From the NCBI RefSeq assembly GCF_009914755.1, contig NC_060933.1: a DNA stretch of 64,000 nt; one strand, given 5' to 3'. Positions 14,597 to 29,689 of the stretch are shown piece after piece. The stretch's first letter is position 1, and every line of letters begins with the position of its first letter. The notes under the pieces were generated by a model that was given only the letters and a program-made list of their open reading frames with translations, ran no database searches and was not told the origin of the DNA. Both the position numbers and the translations under genes were made by a program. This DNA is from the human T2T-CHM13v2.0 reference genome, Homo sapiens.

Positions 14597-16357
14597 TCCA
14601 CCCCAAGACTGAAGTCCCTCCCTGGATCCTTGGCTGTCCATTGCTGAGTCCTTCTCTAGAGGCCAGAGTTCCCTGCCCAGTTGGAGTCCTAGTTATTAAA
14701 TAAAACCTTCTCTGGTACACTTCTGTGATTCAGAACTCCCTCAGACAAATAAATCCACCATGTCTTCCCTCTCGATCAGCCTCAATCAAAACCCAAAGTC
14801 CCGTGTTGAACCTGGAGTCTCCCCTCACTGTTAGCACCACACTGTATTGTGCTTCAACAATGTAAAACCTTGCTCTTCTCCTTCCTCCCAACACTTTTGG
14901 CAGCTCCTGGTCCACAAAGACTCCACTCATTATTGCCTCCACCTTCACGCCTTTCCCTGAGATTAATGCTCTCCTATGGCCCTCCCAAGTGAGGGTACTT
15001 TTTCTCCAACTCCCAGTGAAGGTCAGGGCACTGCCAGACAAGTTCTCCCTCACCATTCAAGTGAGACATAAAGATTCTCACACTATGAGCCCATTCTGCA
15101 AAGGTCATGCCCTCTCCAAATCTCCTTGTCCAAATCTTCAGATCTTTTTCTTTCTGAAACCCTGCTCATCTGGCCAGAACCACTGTCCAGAAATTGGAAT
15201 AGAATCTTTTTCTTCAATCTGCTCTTCCAGGCCAAGTAGACAGAGATATACTATTCAAAGTTTTTCCCACTAGTCTCAGGTTGAAATTCTTTAATTGCTC
15301 ACTTCTGGTGGAAGCTGGCATGTCAAGCCAAAACATCTGTGAATAGGATCAAGTTGGGTTTCTAGAAAATCTTTCGTCATAGGGAGCCATTCATACAGTC
15401 ACAAGTGCAGACTAAAGAAAAGTAAAATGTGTGGCAGGAGAAGGTATATGGGGAGTGTGAACCATGTAGTCATGCAAACACTATTTGTATCAGGGCTGGC
15501 TTAGACCTAATCCTATAACTACTTCTTATGCTTGATGACTGAAGGCCTGACTTCATGGCTGAATGGATCAGACAGTATCCAGTTCATGATCATTCATTTA
15601 AGTAAATCCCAGTAGCAAGTCAGGAGCTGTTTCTTAAAGGAGAATAGTTACTTGTTTAAGAGAACATAACATTGGTCTATAATATTTAAGGTCTCTGTTG
15701 TAATTTGCCTGTCTGGACTTGCCAAGCTTCATATACACTCCAGGTACTCCAGGAACTATTGAATATTCTGAGCCAAAAGACAAAAGTAGAATCAAGCCCA
15801 ACGGAGAGTCGTATCTTATTCTGGGCTCCATTCAAAGCTGCCAACAACTTTGGGATTCACTTGGTAAATTGGTCCAAATAGGACACCCATGGTGAAGAAG
15901 CTTCACGATGCGCCACACCTCTTTTTTTAGTAGTAAGAAACACAGTGTTCAGCAACATGTGTTTCCTATTGAAAAAGATAATAACTTAATAATCATCAAA
16001 CCACTGGAGCTCCAGAATCTTTACATAGGTTATTTTGCAACATCCTTTATTTGTGTGTCTTAATAGAACAACTGGAGAACCTACTACTGCTTATTCTCCA
16101 GGGCTTATCAGCATAATGTCAGTGCAGGCATTAGTGGTATAATACGGTAGATTGATGATTTCGTTCCATTCTTTATGGACTAGACTGTGACACAGAGTTA
16201 GAGGGAAGATGGCAAATGTTTACTGCTGACCCTGTCAGGTGAAAAGAAATATTTCTGGTATTTTCAATTTATTGAAATGGATAAAAATGCTGCATTGTGT
16301 ATACATGAATATATATACCATATTTTTTTCTTTTTGTATATTATGATGCTTTGACAT

Positions 16358-16736
16358 TGTCTTATTCCATTTTGTGTTGCTGTAACACAAAACCTGAGAC
16401 TGGGTAGTTTGTAATGAACAGCAATTTATTTCTTATGGTCCTGGAGGCTGGGAAGTCCAGGATCAAGGGGCCAGCATCTGATGAGGGCCTTTATGCTGCA
16501 TCATTCATGGTAGCAGGAGGAAGGGCAAGTGAGCCTAAGAGAGAAAGGAAGGAAAGGGGCTGAACTCATCCTTTTATCAGTGATAGCTAACCCACTCCTG
16601 CGATAACAGCATTAATCCATTTATGAGAACAGAGCCTTTATGACCTAATCACCTCTTAAAGATCCCCTCTCGACATTGTTGCATTGGGGATTCAGTTTCT
16701 GACACATGAACTGTGAGAAACTATTAAACCATAGCA
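16358..16736 (-). mobile_element. MaLR solo LTR (MSTC/D or MLT1A-like)
   Basis: tgtcttattcc...aaaccatagca; perfect 5-bp TSD gacat. Confidence 0.85.
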
Positions 16737-17041
16737 GACATCTTTAAAACAACATTTTTGGCTAGGGAGAGACTGTCTCTCCCTGGGGTAGCCAATTCTT
16801 ACTGACAGCAAAAGATCCAGCCCAGAGCATGCCTTTGATATGCAAACTAACCAATCCAGAGTCGCACTTCCTTTATCTGGCCAGTACACCCCAGGAGAAA
16901 ATATTCCTGTGCTTTAATCATGCCAGGGTCAGGTACCAGGCAACTAAGGACCACTGCTGTAGCTTAGGGTCTGCCAAAGTCATTCAAACTAACCAACTCT
17001 AAATTGTTCACCCTATCATTCCTGCAAGAAACCCCAATAAA

Positions 17042-17166
17042 GGCTCTGCATGGTGGCACAGGCCAGTAGCCCGAGCTACTTGGGAGGGTGACGCTGGAGG
17101 ATCTTTTGAGCCTAGGAGTTTGAGTCAAGCCTGGGCAACAGAGCAAGACTCCATCTCTTAAAAAAA
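17042..17166 (+). mobile_element. FLAM-type Alu monomer
   Basis: Degenerate monomer with A-tail. Confidence 0.75.
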
Positions 17167-17929
17167 GTGGTTCCGGCCTAATGCTTCCCACTTGCTCCAG
17201 TCTTCTGCCTCCTGACCGCCCTGGTGTTTTTCCATGTGGCCTGCATAGTATGCCATACCTCTGTCTCTAAGGCCTGTGAGTATAATAAACTTTGCTTTAC
17301 TAAGCCTTTCTTCTGTCTCTTCTTGTGGCTGCATCTGACTGAACATTATACACAAAAAATATGTAAAACAAATACACCAGCTGAACAACTGCCCACCAAG
17401 TACAAGACCTTTATAAATGTGTTCCGATAATAAAATTCTATACAGACAATCATCCACAATGGAAATTACCACCTAATTAAATGTATTATTTACCATTATT
17501 ATACAAAATCAGATTTTTTTTGCACTGGCCAAACTGAGAAACACATCAGAATGCAATAATATATTCTAATAAAGAACCATTAGACATTTGATTCAAGTGT
17601 TCAATTGTAACATAATCTCTAAAGTTTCTCTAGAAATTGAAGTTTGCGTTCCATTTACTACTCAGTGAATATGGCCAATCACCCTGCTCAGCAAACAACA
17701 ATAACATTCTATATTCCTGAGAATTCACTTAATCTTTCTTGATATCCAGTAGTTTCTCCCAATAAAATAGCCACGGTTATTTTAATGGGATGCCAGAAGG
17801 AACTTACTAGACATAGGTAGTAACAGCACAGCCTTTCATCAATGGTGCTCAGCTGCACCTCCATTCAAATGGTTCTGAATTTTTTAACAGACTCGTATTG
17901 TAGAATTGATTAAGAAATCTTGTCGTCTA

Positions 17930-18210
17930 GGCAGGGCGTGGTGGTTGACAACTGTAAACCCGGCACTTTGGGAGGCCGAGATGGGTGGATCACCTGAGGT
18001 CAGGCGTTCGAGACTAGCATGGCCAACAAACACAAAAATTAGCTGGGTATGGTGGTACATGCCAGTAATCCCAGCTACTTGGGAGGCTGAGGCGAGAGAA
18101 TAGCTTGAACTCGGGAGGCAGAGGTTGCAGTGAGCTGAGATTGCACCAATCACTCCAGCCTAGGAAACAAGGGCGAAACTCAGTCTCAAGAAATAAAAAT
18201 AAATAAAATA
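17930..18210 (+). mobile_element. AluS with a ~25-bp deletion in the left arm
   Basis: ggccaac|aaacacaaaaattagc junction; TSD taagaaatctt. Confidence 0.92.
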
Positions 18211-19601
18211 AGAAATCTTATTTTGTAATGTGATAGTTTAAGCCAGTTTGTTTTTTCCATCCAGCCATGGGCTGCCTGTGGGTTTCATTCTTGAGATTCT
18301 CACAATTTAAAAAATGACAGCCAGAAATGTATGAATGCCGGATAATCACTTAAAGTCTTCACACTGTGCTTGCTCTGCTGCATAATTCAGTGACCACATC
18401 CACCGTGCTTTTGCTGTCATTTGGACTCAGACACCCTGGCTTCTCTCAACCACACTGACATCAAGGAGCCCATTTCAACTGCAGTCAATTTCATCAGATT
18501 TTTGATCTTTCAAGAACAGATTGTAAAGCTCTTTTTAAACATTGTGTTGCATCTCTTGTTAACATCATCTTCATGGCAGGAGTAAAGGGAAAGTTTTCTG
18601 GGTTCTACCTAGGGATATATCAAGGGTCAGGGAAAGAAAAGGTAAAAAGATCCAGGACGGCATACGTTACACAAATTCTTGTAATCACTATTCCTGATTA
18701 TGACCCTTCATGGTTTTTCTGTGTCATTTAATGGGCCAACATTTAATCCAAGATTATACGAGTTAACCCAGAGAACTGGCAGAACCACGGCTGGTGAGCT
18801 AATCCTAGCCCACTTTATGCTGAATCTCTGGTAAAATACACTCATATAAATACTTTGAGTCCTACCTGTGGTGAAACATTCCCAAAATCTGTTTCAAAAA
18901 ATATATCTAGACTTTTAATGCCATAAATTTATGAATCTTTTCAGGTTCTTCGTATATGACATTTGAGTTTTGCACTTCACCCCCTGATCATGTTGTGTTT
19001 GAATCCCTGTTATTTTTAGAGCATCAGTAAGAGATGGGGCTTGTGAAAAATTATCCTCTTTCTTCTACATAGGAGATGTGGCCTCCCCAGTCAAGAGAAA
19101 TGCTATAGCTGGCATTTTAGAGTTTGGAGGATCTTTAAAAACATCCTTCAGATCTTGCCATATCTCTCATTCTAATTACTGGGATTTCTGGTAAAAGCCT
19201 TAATTTTCAGTAAGAGACCAAGTCAGATTGTAAGTTAAAATAGCAATCTGCAGAGTTAATCTGTGCATTTGGATTTTAGTTATTTTAGCCCCATACTACA
19301 AGTCAAAGGCATTCAGTGATTTCTAAGCATTTTTGACTATTACCTACATTATAAAATAAATTTTATATCATAAATAAGTTTATATACACATATAATTGAA
19401 TTGTAAATTACATGAAACATTTCTTACCCCTACTATATATAATATACTTTAATATTTTCTCTTCTATGTTATTTTAAAACCATTAGTCATGAATACACAA
19501 TACTGGATTTCAACCAAAATCTCTTAAAGTTTTTGAGTTTTATTTCATGTCTTGCAGCAAGAATTTCAAAGTTTGAGACAGCTGTTAAAATATCCACTGA
19601 T

Positions 19602-20232
<631 letters not shown>

Positions 20233-20566
20233 TTAGAAGAAACCATCCTACTCCATTGCTCCCAGCATTTCTTGTTCTCTTTAAATAGTTCACAGCCACA
20301 GCTACCTAGTTCTCAAGAGCTTCCACCTCAGTGGTACATTGTGTCCTACCTTATTACAGAAGAAAATTATGTTAGCAGTTTGCCAGTTTATAACCAGCCT
20401 CTATATATTTTGGTACATACATAGGAATTTCACTACTTAATTTCAAAAATTGATTCTAATAAACCACATTTCCTGTTATCTTGATTCCACAATTCACTGT
20501 AGTGAACATCTATTATTTGTGTCTGGGAATGCCTCTTTCTTTGGGACATATCTTCCATCCTGTTTT

Positions 20567-20884
<318 letters not shown>

Positions 20885-21527
20885 TCCATCCTGTTTTATG
20901 TGGCTTCGATGGAGCTGCCAAGCAGAAGGCCCTGCCACACTGACCCCCAAAGGCTGGCACACCACATCAAGCTGGATCAATCAGGCTCTTTTTTCCACAA
21001 GTTTGAATCTTTAGCAGATGAGGTCAGAGAAAAACTTTATAAAGAGCCTAAATATTCCTGAAGTTCAGGTTCTCGAAACTTTAGTTACTTTTTCTCAAAG
21101 TTTGGTTGTAAGGGGAGTCATAATATGCCATGCATAAGGATTAATTTGAGCCAAAGGCAATTGAGAAATAGCAGACACAGGAAGAATTCTCTGCCCTCAC
21201 TCTTTCCAGAAGCCTAAAAGTGGGGCATAAATTTCCTTTGGTAGAGGAGTCCACTTCCTGTCTCTGTACCAGAATACAGACAACAACTCTGTAACAGGAG
21301 ACAAAAAGTCACATCGAGATGTGTTGCATAAACAAACCTTATTAAATAACCTTTACCTTCCAATTGTTTTGCTCTCATATTTACCTTCCCACAGTGTACC
21401 ACTCCTAGAAGCCTTTATTAGGCAGGGAACTCCAGAGAGACAGAACCAGTAGACTATGTATATAGACATGTGAGAGGGGGTTCACTAGGGAAATTAGCTC
21501 ACATAATTATGGGGGTTAAGAAGTCCT

Positions 21528-21838
21528 GGCCAGGCACGGTGGCTCATGTCTGTAATCCCAGCACTTTGGGAGGCCAAGGTGGGTGGATCACCTGAGGTCA
21601 GGAGTTCGAGATCAGCCTAAACAATATGATGAAACCCCATCACTACTAAAAATACAAAAATTAGCCGGGTATGGTAACATGTGCCTGTAATCCCAGCTAC
21701 TCGGGAGGCTGAGACAGGAGAATTGCTTGAACCCCAACCGGGAGGCAGAATTGCAGTGAGCCAAGATCGCGCCATTGCACTCTAGTCTGGGCAACAAGAG
21801 CAAAACTCCATCTCAAAAATAATAATAATTAAAAAAAA
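21528..21838 (+). mobile_element. AluS
   Basis: Full dimer, TSD gaagtcct. Confidence 0.93.
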
Positions 21839-21862
21839 GGAAGTCCTACAACAGGGCAATGG

Positions 21863-22155
21863 GGCTGGGTGCAGTGGCTCTCGCCTGTAATCCCAGTACT
21901 TAGTGAGGCCAAAGCAGGGGGATCACCTGAGGTCAGGAGTTCGGGACCAGCCTGGCCAACATGGTGAAACCCCAACTCCACTAAAAATACAAAAATTAGC
22001 TGGGTGTGGTGGCACATGTCAGCAGTCCCAGCTACTCAGGAGGCTGAGGCAGGAGAATTGCTTGAACATGGGAGGCAGAGGTTTCAGTGAGCCAAGACTG
22101 TGTCATTGCACTCCAGCCTGGGCGACAGAGCAAGACTCCATCTCAAAAAAAAAAA
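21863..22155 (+). mobile_element. AluS
   Basis: Full dimer flanked by gaagtcctacaa. Confidence 0.93.
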
Positions 22156-22758
22156 GAAGTCCTACAATGGGCCATCTGCAAGCTGCAGACCCTGGGATGC
22201 TGGTAGCGTGGCTCAGTCCAAGTCTGAAAGCCTCAGAATCATGGAAGCCAATGGTGTAATTCTCAGTCTAGGCCAAAGGCTGGAGAACGGTGTGGCTGCT
22301 GGTGTAAGTCTTAGCATCTAAAGGTCAATGAGCCTGGAGTTCTGACAGCCAAGTACAGGAGAAGCATGTCGAAGCTCCAGGAAACAGAAATAGAAAATTG
22401 CCTTTCTTTTGCCTTTTTTATTCTATCTGGACCCCTACCTGATCGAATAATGCCCACCCACATTAAGGACGGATCTTCCCTCCTCAGTTCACTGACTCAT
22501 GTGCCAATCTCCTCTAGAAACACCCTCACAGACACACTCAGAAATAATGCTTTGCCCGTTCTCTAGGTATTCCTTAATCCAGTCAGGTTGACACCTAGAA
22601 TTTATCATCACAAGTCCATTCCTTGTCAACCTAACACTCACAGCCATCTCCTCAAACCATACTTAATCTTCAAGTAAGGACGAGAACAAGGTAGTAATTC
22701 TCCATAACATGATGCAGCTATCCTGCATACAACTGAAAATTCACAAATTCCTTCCCCA

Positions 22759-23448
22759 GGTTGGGTGCAGTGGCTCATGCCTGCAATCCCAATGCTTTGG
22801 GAGGCTGAAGCAGGAGGATGGCTTGAGGCCAGGGGTTAAAGACCAGCCTGGGAAACACAGCATGACTTCATCTCTAAAAAACTATAACAAATTAGTCAGA
22901 TATGGTGGCACGTATCTTGTATTAGTCAGTTCTCACACTGCTATAAAGAAATACCTGAGTTTGGGTAATTTGTAAAGAAAAGAGGTTTAATTGGCTGATG
23001 GTTTCACAAGCTATACAGGAATCATGGCAGCATCTGCTTCTGGGGAGGCCTCAGGGAGCTCTTACTCATTGTGGAAGGCAAAGTGGGAGCAGGCGTCTTG
23101 CATGGCAGGAGCAGGAGAAAGAGAGTGACAGTGGGAGGCACTACACACTTTTGAACAACCAATTCTCGTGAGAACTCTATAACAAGACAGCACCAAGAGG
23201 GTGGTGCTAAACCATTCATGAAGGAAGGATCTATTCGCATGATCCAATCACCTCCCACCAAGGCCCAATTCCAGCATTGGGGATTACATTACAACATGAG
23301 ATTTGGGTGGGGACACAGACCCAAACAATATCACACCTACAGTCCTAGCTACTGAGGAGGATTGCTTGAGCCCAGGAGTTTGAGTGAGCTATGATCACAC
23401 CACTGCAATACAGCCTGGGCAAGACCTTGTTTTTTTTTAAAAAAAAAA
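22759..23448 (+). mobile_element. AluJ split by an MST LTR
   Basis: Left part 22759-22917, right part 23334-23448; TSD aaattccttccccag/aaaatctttctccag. Confidence 0.85.
22918..23333 (-). mobile_element. MST (MaLR) solo LTR
   Basis: tgtattagtcagttctcac...cccaaacaatatca, 416 bp. Confidence 0.9.
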
Positions 23449-23899
23449 TCTTTCTCCAGAAGAGGAGGAGGTAATGTCTATTTTTCTCTTGGTATTTCAT
23501 AATATAAAAACTTTAATGTAACAATGGCGATACTACTAATATAAAGCCTAAATATGTTATATGATAAAGGAATAAGAGAGAAATGAAAACAAAAATATTT
23601 GCTTAATATATGTATATATATTCTTTACAAAATAGGGAGGAAATACTCATGACAATTGTAGTCCTCATTTTTGTAACTGACCACGTTTTTAGCTGGTATA
23701 TATAACCACATTTTTCTGCTACCAATTCTGCAGTCCCTTTGCCTTCAGCAAGCACCTCTTGGTCATGGTTCTTTACCTGGTGAGGTGACCCAAACCATCA
23801 TTCCTACAGAGTCTGGGCCATTTTATAGTCCTGCTTAGATTGGGTTCTTGTAATTTCCAGTTGACCTTAATCATGGACGTGGTAATACTAAGAGATGCC

Positions 23900-24229
23900 C
23901 TAAGGGATCTTCTGTATTCTAGACATACTCTTCCTTACCTCTATTGTGGTGTAGTAGTAGAATTTTCCCTTGGTAGTCAAGATCAACATGCCAGCCAACA
24001 CCATAATTCCCTTCCTGGCCTGATGACCCAGAGGCATGAAGAACCCAAAGCAGTCGGGTGGCAGTCTTAACTTCCAGTTCAACGGACTCATTGTTGTGTC
24101 TCCTGAAGGAAGCATTCTTTTCTCTGGAACTAAGGCCTCTAGGCCAGCAAGGCACAAAGTCATGGGAACAGGAAGCAAATATTTTGCTAGTGGGTCACTA
24201 GGGGTGATGGTAAGTGGTGCCACTTCCAC
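23900..24229 (-). pseudogene. ERVL dUTPase-like remnant
   Basis: LPSGDTTMSPLNWKLRLPPDCFGFFMPLGHQARKGIMVLAG, downstream of integrase as expected for ERVL; frameshifted. Confidence 0.75.
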
Positions 24230-24319
24230 TTCTGCCCCTTGATTCCTAGACCCATGAATGCTTGCTATGGGAGAAAGAGAACCATATATTAGATGCTGAT
24301 TCAGAGCATATACAGCATT

Positions 24320-24850
24320 CTAGAAAACCTTGCCCCAGCCCTGCAAAGTATTGTTACCCATCCGGCACTGTAACTGTAGCTTCACAAGGCCATTCATAGT
24401 TCTACTGGCCAAATGCTTCAGGATGGTGGGGAACATGATAGGACCAGTGAATTTCATGAGTCTGAGCCCATTGTCACACTTCTTTGATTTTGAAGTGAGT
24501 TTCTTGGTCAGAACAATGTTGTGCTGAATACCATGGTGGTGGATAAGATGTTCTGTAAGTCCACAGATGGTAGTTTTGGCAGAAACCTTGTTAGCAAGAA
24601 AGGTAAATCCAAATCCAGAGTAAGTGTTTATTCCAGTAATGACAAAACATTGCCCTTTCCATGATGGAAATGCTCCAGCGTAATCAACCTGCCACCAGGT
24701 AGCTGGCTGATCACCCCAGGGAATGGTGCCATATTGGGGCTCAGTATTGGTCTCTGCTGCCAGGTCAGCTTTGAGGAGTGGAAGTCCATGTCTCTCAGCC
24801 CATACATAACCTCCATCTCTGCCACTATGGCCATTGTGTTCACGAGCCAA
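24320..24850 (-). pseudogene. ERVL integrase remnant
   Basis: HNGHSGRDGG (HH half of the zinc finger, CxxC missing), WWQVDYAG, TGINTYSGFGF, HHHGIQHNI followed by a frameshift. Confidence 0.88.
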
Positions 24851-25150
24851 TTAAGCTATTGCAGGGGGGTCTGGTGAAGGATGCTTACTGGTATTTACAG
24901 AATGGGTCATCCTATTCACTTGATTATTAAAGCCCTCCTCTGCTGAGGTCACCGTTTGGTGAGCATTCAGATGGGACACAAATATCTTTGCATCCTTCGC
25001 CCACTCAGAAAGCTCTATCCACATACCTCTTCTCCCATTTTCTTTTGCTACAAATTTTCTAATAATGTTCTCTCCAATTCCCTCACCATCTGGCCAAACC
25101 ATTGGCTACAGCCCATGAATCAGTGTGTAATCATATATCTGGTCATTTCT
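24851..25150 (-). pseudogene. ERVL RNase H remnant
   Basis: RGMWIELSEWAKDAKIFVSHLNAHQTVTSAEEGFNNQVNRMT. Confidence 0.8.
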
Positions 25151-25331
25151 CCTTTCAAGCAAAGTGAACCGCCTGCAGTTCTGCCCATTGTGAAGATTTT
25201 CTTTCATTATTGTCTTTAAGGATGTCCTAGAAGAAAGCCAAAGTGCTACAGCTCTTTCCTTTTGCACAATTTAGGTGCCTGTTTATTGTGCAGACTCCTC
25301 CATAAGGCCCTAGTCTTCTTTTCCTCTGTCA

Positions 25332-25700
<369 letters not shown>

Positions 25701-26349
25701 TCACACAGCCCAAATTCCTTTTCCTTTGTGTTATCACAATTTATTACCCTTTGTTAAAATGTCATAACCACTTCTTTGGGGGATTTTTATTTCTTTTCTG
25801 TAAAGCCTGCCCTCCTCCATGTGCATGAAAAATAAACCTTTCCTCTTGTTTATTGGTCTTTGTCAGTTTAATATAAAGGACCCAGCGACAAACTTGAGGG
25901 TAGAGGGAAAGTTTTTTTCTTTCCTGCACAAGATAGCCACCCAAGTTAGAATTAGGGTTCAAGGAAAAATCTGATTCAGCAAAGTACAGAATCCCCTCAG
26001 GCAGCTCCAACAAACACCCCCATTATCAGAGGAGGAGCTCCTCAGTTACACAGCTCTGTGATTCAGTTACTGATGCAGAATTCCAGAATTCCATCTTCTA
26101 GCAGGCATGGCTTCCCTGGTCAGGCAAATGGTGGTTGTTGGGGGGAGGCATTCTCAAACTAACTCTCCATTTTTTATTTTTGGGACTAGTCTGAAGCATT
26201 AAAACAAAAACTATTCCACATTAATCAGAAATGTCCAAAAACTGTAGTCTCAACACTGAATGCCCATCAGGATGAACTGGGGTGCTTTTTCAAAATGCAT
26301 ATGATTACAATACAACCTTGGAGATTATAATGGAGTCCAGATATATGAA

Positions 26350-26701
26350 TAGCCATGTGCCATATAATGACATTTTGAGCAGTGATAGACTGCATATATG
26401 ATGGTAGTCCTATAAAATTATAATGGGGCTGCCCTATAATTTTTTTGGTCTTTTATACCATATTTTTACTGTTCCTTTTCTCTGTTTATGTATGTTTAGC
26501 CACACAAATACTTACTATTGTGTCACAATTGCCTACAATGTTCAATATAGTCCCATGTTACACAGGTTTGTAATGCAGGTGTGTAGCAGGCTATACCATC
26601 TAGGTTTGTGTAAGTACATTCCATGATGTTCACACAATGACAAAATTGCCTAACGACGCATTTCTCAGAACCTATGTTTGTCATTAAGCCACATGTGACG
26701 G
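26350..26701. mobile_element. Tigger3a/MER7-type DNA transposon
   Basis: tagccatgtgccatataatgac ... gcctaacgacgcatttctcagaac...cattaagccacatgtgacgg. Confidence 0.8.
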
Positions 26702-27155
26702 TATTTTGGAAAGAGGTATGTTTTGATTCTCAAGTAAAGCCAGGGTTAAAACTCACTGACTTGGAAACTGGAGCAGCTTGAAGACTGGAGGTGAGGAGGC
26801 TCTGTTAGATCCAGCTCTGAAAAATCAATGGAGAGCCGAGGGGAGGCCAGCAAGTCTGTGGGACCCTGGGGAGGAGGTGACATCCAGTGTGGCCTTCCAT
26901 GTGCAAAGTGTAGTTGCCTCATAATGTCTCTTCTCCTTCAGATTACCGCAAATACCTGAAATTATGCTATTAAAAGTTCATCCATACAGTAACCCTTTCA
27001 TAACAAATATTAAACCCTCATAGACTCTAACATGTTAGCTTCTTCCCACTCCTCCACCAAAAAAAATTTAAGAGCTGGGAATCATAGACAGGCCAGGAAA
27101 CTTCTGATAATAGAGCAGGGAGAGACATGAAAGACTGCAGGGGGGTGGGATGGTC

Positions 27156-27630
27156 TGTGGCAGAGACCACCAGCTGCCTCTGCAATATTCATTTTCCCTT
27201 CTTCCTCCCTAACGAACTGAATGACACCTCAGGCAGCCACAGCCTCGTTAAGACTACATTTCCCAGAAGGCCATGCTCCTCAGGGTGGCCAATGAGATGT
27301 CAATAGAAGTGTTGTTTCCACGCTACTTCCTTAAAGGGGACTGACAGTTGAGAAGGGTACTCCTCTGCTCTTCCACTTTCCCTTCTAGATTCCACAGGGA
27401 AATTCGGAGTTAGTGGGTCAAGCACCAGATGCCATCTGCAACCATGAGAAGACTGTAGGAAGGTTGTGGAAGAGAAGGAATAACGAAGCCCAGCTTGCTG
27501 ATCAGAACTTCAGCTGCCTGATCTCAGCCCTAGGCTCTCTGCCTCCAGATCTTTCCTATACCAAAGGAAAAACAACCTCTATTTTGTTTAAATTGCATAA
27601 TGGGGTTTCCAGCTATGTGCAACCAAGATT
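27156..27630 (+). mobile_element. Old MaLR LTR (MLT1J-like)
   Basis: tgtggcagag...gactacatttcccag...ggccaatgagatgtcaatagaagtg. Confidence 0.6.
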
Positions 27631-27726
27631 AATTCTGGAGGAAGAATCTGGAGTATAGCCCTATGCCCAAAGAGGTCATTTTCAGGAGAGACTCTCAAGA
27701 GGAAGGCTCTGAAATGTCTTTATCTG

Positions 27727-28096
27727 TGATATGGTTTGGCTGTGTCCCCACCCAAATCTCATCTTGAATTGTAACTCCCACAATTCCCACCTGTCATGAA
27801 AGGAACCCGGTGGGAGATGATTGAATTATGGGGGGAGGTCTTTCCTGCGCTGTTCTCGTGATAGTGAATGAGTCTCAGGAGATATGATGGTTTTAAAAAG
27901 AGGAGTTCCCCTTCCCAAGTCTCTCTCTTCACCTGCTGCCATTCACTTAAGATGTGACTTGCTCCTCCTTGCCTTCCGCCATGATTGTAAGGCCTCCCCA
28001 GCCATGTGGAACTGTAAGTCCATTAAACCTCTTTCTTTTGTAAATTGCCTGGTCTCGGGCATGTCTTTACAAGCAGTGTGAAAACGGACTAATACA
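27727..28096 (+). mobile_element. THE1 solo LTR
   Basis: tgatatggtttggctgtgtcccc...ggactaataca, 370 bp; TSD atctg/atgtg. Confidence 0.93.
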
Positions 28097-28567
28097 ATGT
28101 GTTAAAAAACAAAAAAATTAAAACTGCAGTCAAGTGGCAAATGAAAGAAGCACTTGGCTTCTCTTGTGGCATATCTGACCACAGCATAGAACAAGCACCC
28201 ATACAATGCCTCCGTTTGCAGAGTCAGTCCCAAAAGTGTCATCTCAGCATGCTTCATGCACTTTACCAGCTCTTCTCTCAGCTACCTGGCCCCCATCTCA
28301 CTGGTCATTCTCTCTCCATCCCCACCCTGCCCCTCAGTTGCTGATGGCCATCTCACATGTGGCCATGGCTCCTCTGTGCTCTTCTCCACCCCAGCTCCAC
28401 TACCTCATGCTGCTTTGCTTTAGCGTCCCAGGACTATCCAGCCCAGCATCCTCACCAAGAGAGGTGCCTCCTACCTGCCCATTGGACAGCATTCACCACG
28501 GAAAAGTCAGCATGGTAATAGATGAAAAGCCATGGATTAGAGTGGACATAACATCTTAAAATGCTTA

Positions 28568-28911
<344 letters not shown>

Positions 28912-29689
28912 CTAAAAATGAAGATCTGGAAGTAAAAACGTAGTATTTTAGAGATTGTCTGTGTTTAGTTGTTTTGTATGTGTTTAAGTATCTTTTCCAA
29001 GGCCACATCCTATAAGAGGCAACTAGGAAAATGTTTTAGACCATCTGACATTGGGTTCTATAATGTTAAAAGTTTCTGGTGCCTGATAGTTGCTAATAGC
29101 TCTAAGTCCTGGTCTCTTTGCAACTATTCGTAGCGAGCACCCAGCTGCCTGCGGCCTGCCCTGATCCTCCCCTGATAAGCAGCCAGCAGGGTCTGGAGAT
29201 AGTCCTCTCTAGGCTAATGCCCTAATAAACGGGCTGTGGTGGCAGCAGGATGGACAAGCATGACCACGTGGTCCCCGGGTACCTGCATTCCTCCAACCTC
29301 CCTGCAGTGCCCTCTCTGGCACTCCACCCTGGGAGAGCCTGTCTCTGAAACGCTCCATAGTCCTATTACCATGGCTGAGCCCTATCTACATTCTTCATTG
29401 TCCGTCAGACATATTCATAAGCAGGACTCTGCATGCTACACTGTTCCATGGTGTCCACTTACCCCTTGGCAGCCATAGCAACTAATCGGCTTCTGAGAAA
29501 AACGTGCTCTTACCACCATGCCAGTACAAACACACACTCTCCTGCTTTGGCTCTCAAGGCCTGTCAGAATACAGCTTTATATTCCCAGTTTTATTATATA
29601 TCTCACCCCAGGTCTCTGCCTTTGTTCACAACCCCTCTCCCAACTCTCACTTGAAGGCTGACACAGCCTAACCACACTGACTATATTGA

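Larger units (their letters stand above)
16330..17350 (+). mobile_element. ERVL LTR (MER21/MER77-like), interrupted by a MaLR LTR and a FLAM
   Basis: tgatgctttgacat|ctttaaa...gagactgtctctccctggggtagccaattc...atgcaaactaaccaatccagag...aataaac. Confidence 0.65.
21414..22612 (-). mobile_element. MLT2 LTR (3' LTR of the ERVL provirus) carrying two Alus
   Basis: tttattaggcagggaactccagagagacagaacc ... ttgacacctagaatttatcatcaca. Confidence 0.85.

Noticed and set aside
23900-25102. Possible domesticated integrase or dUTPase gene
   Set aside because: Frameshifts, stop codons, missing CxxC and a disrupted DDE region indicate neutral decay
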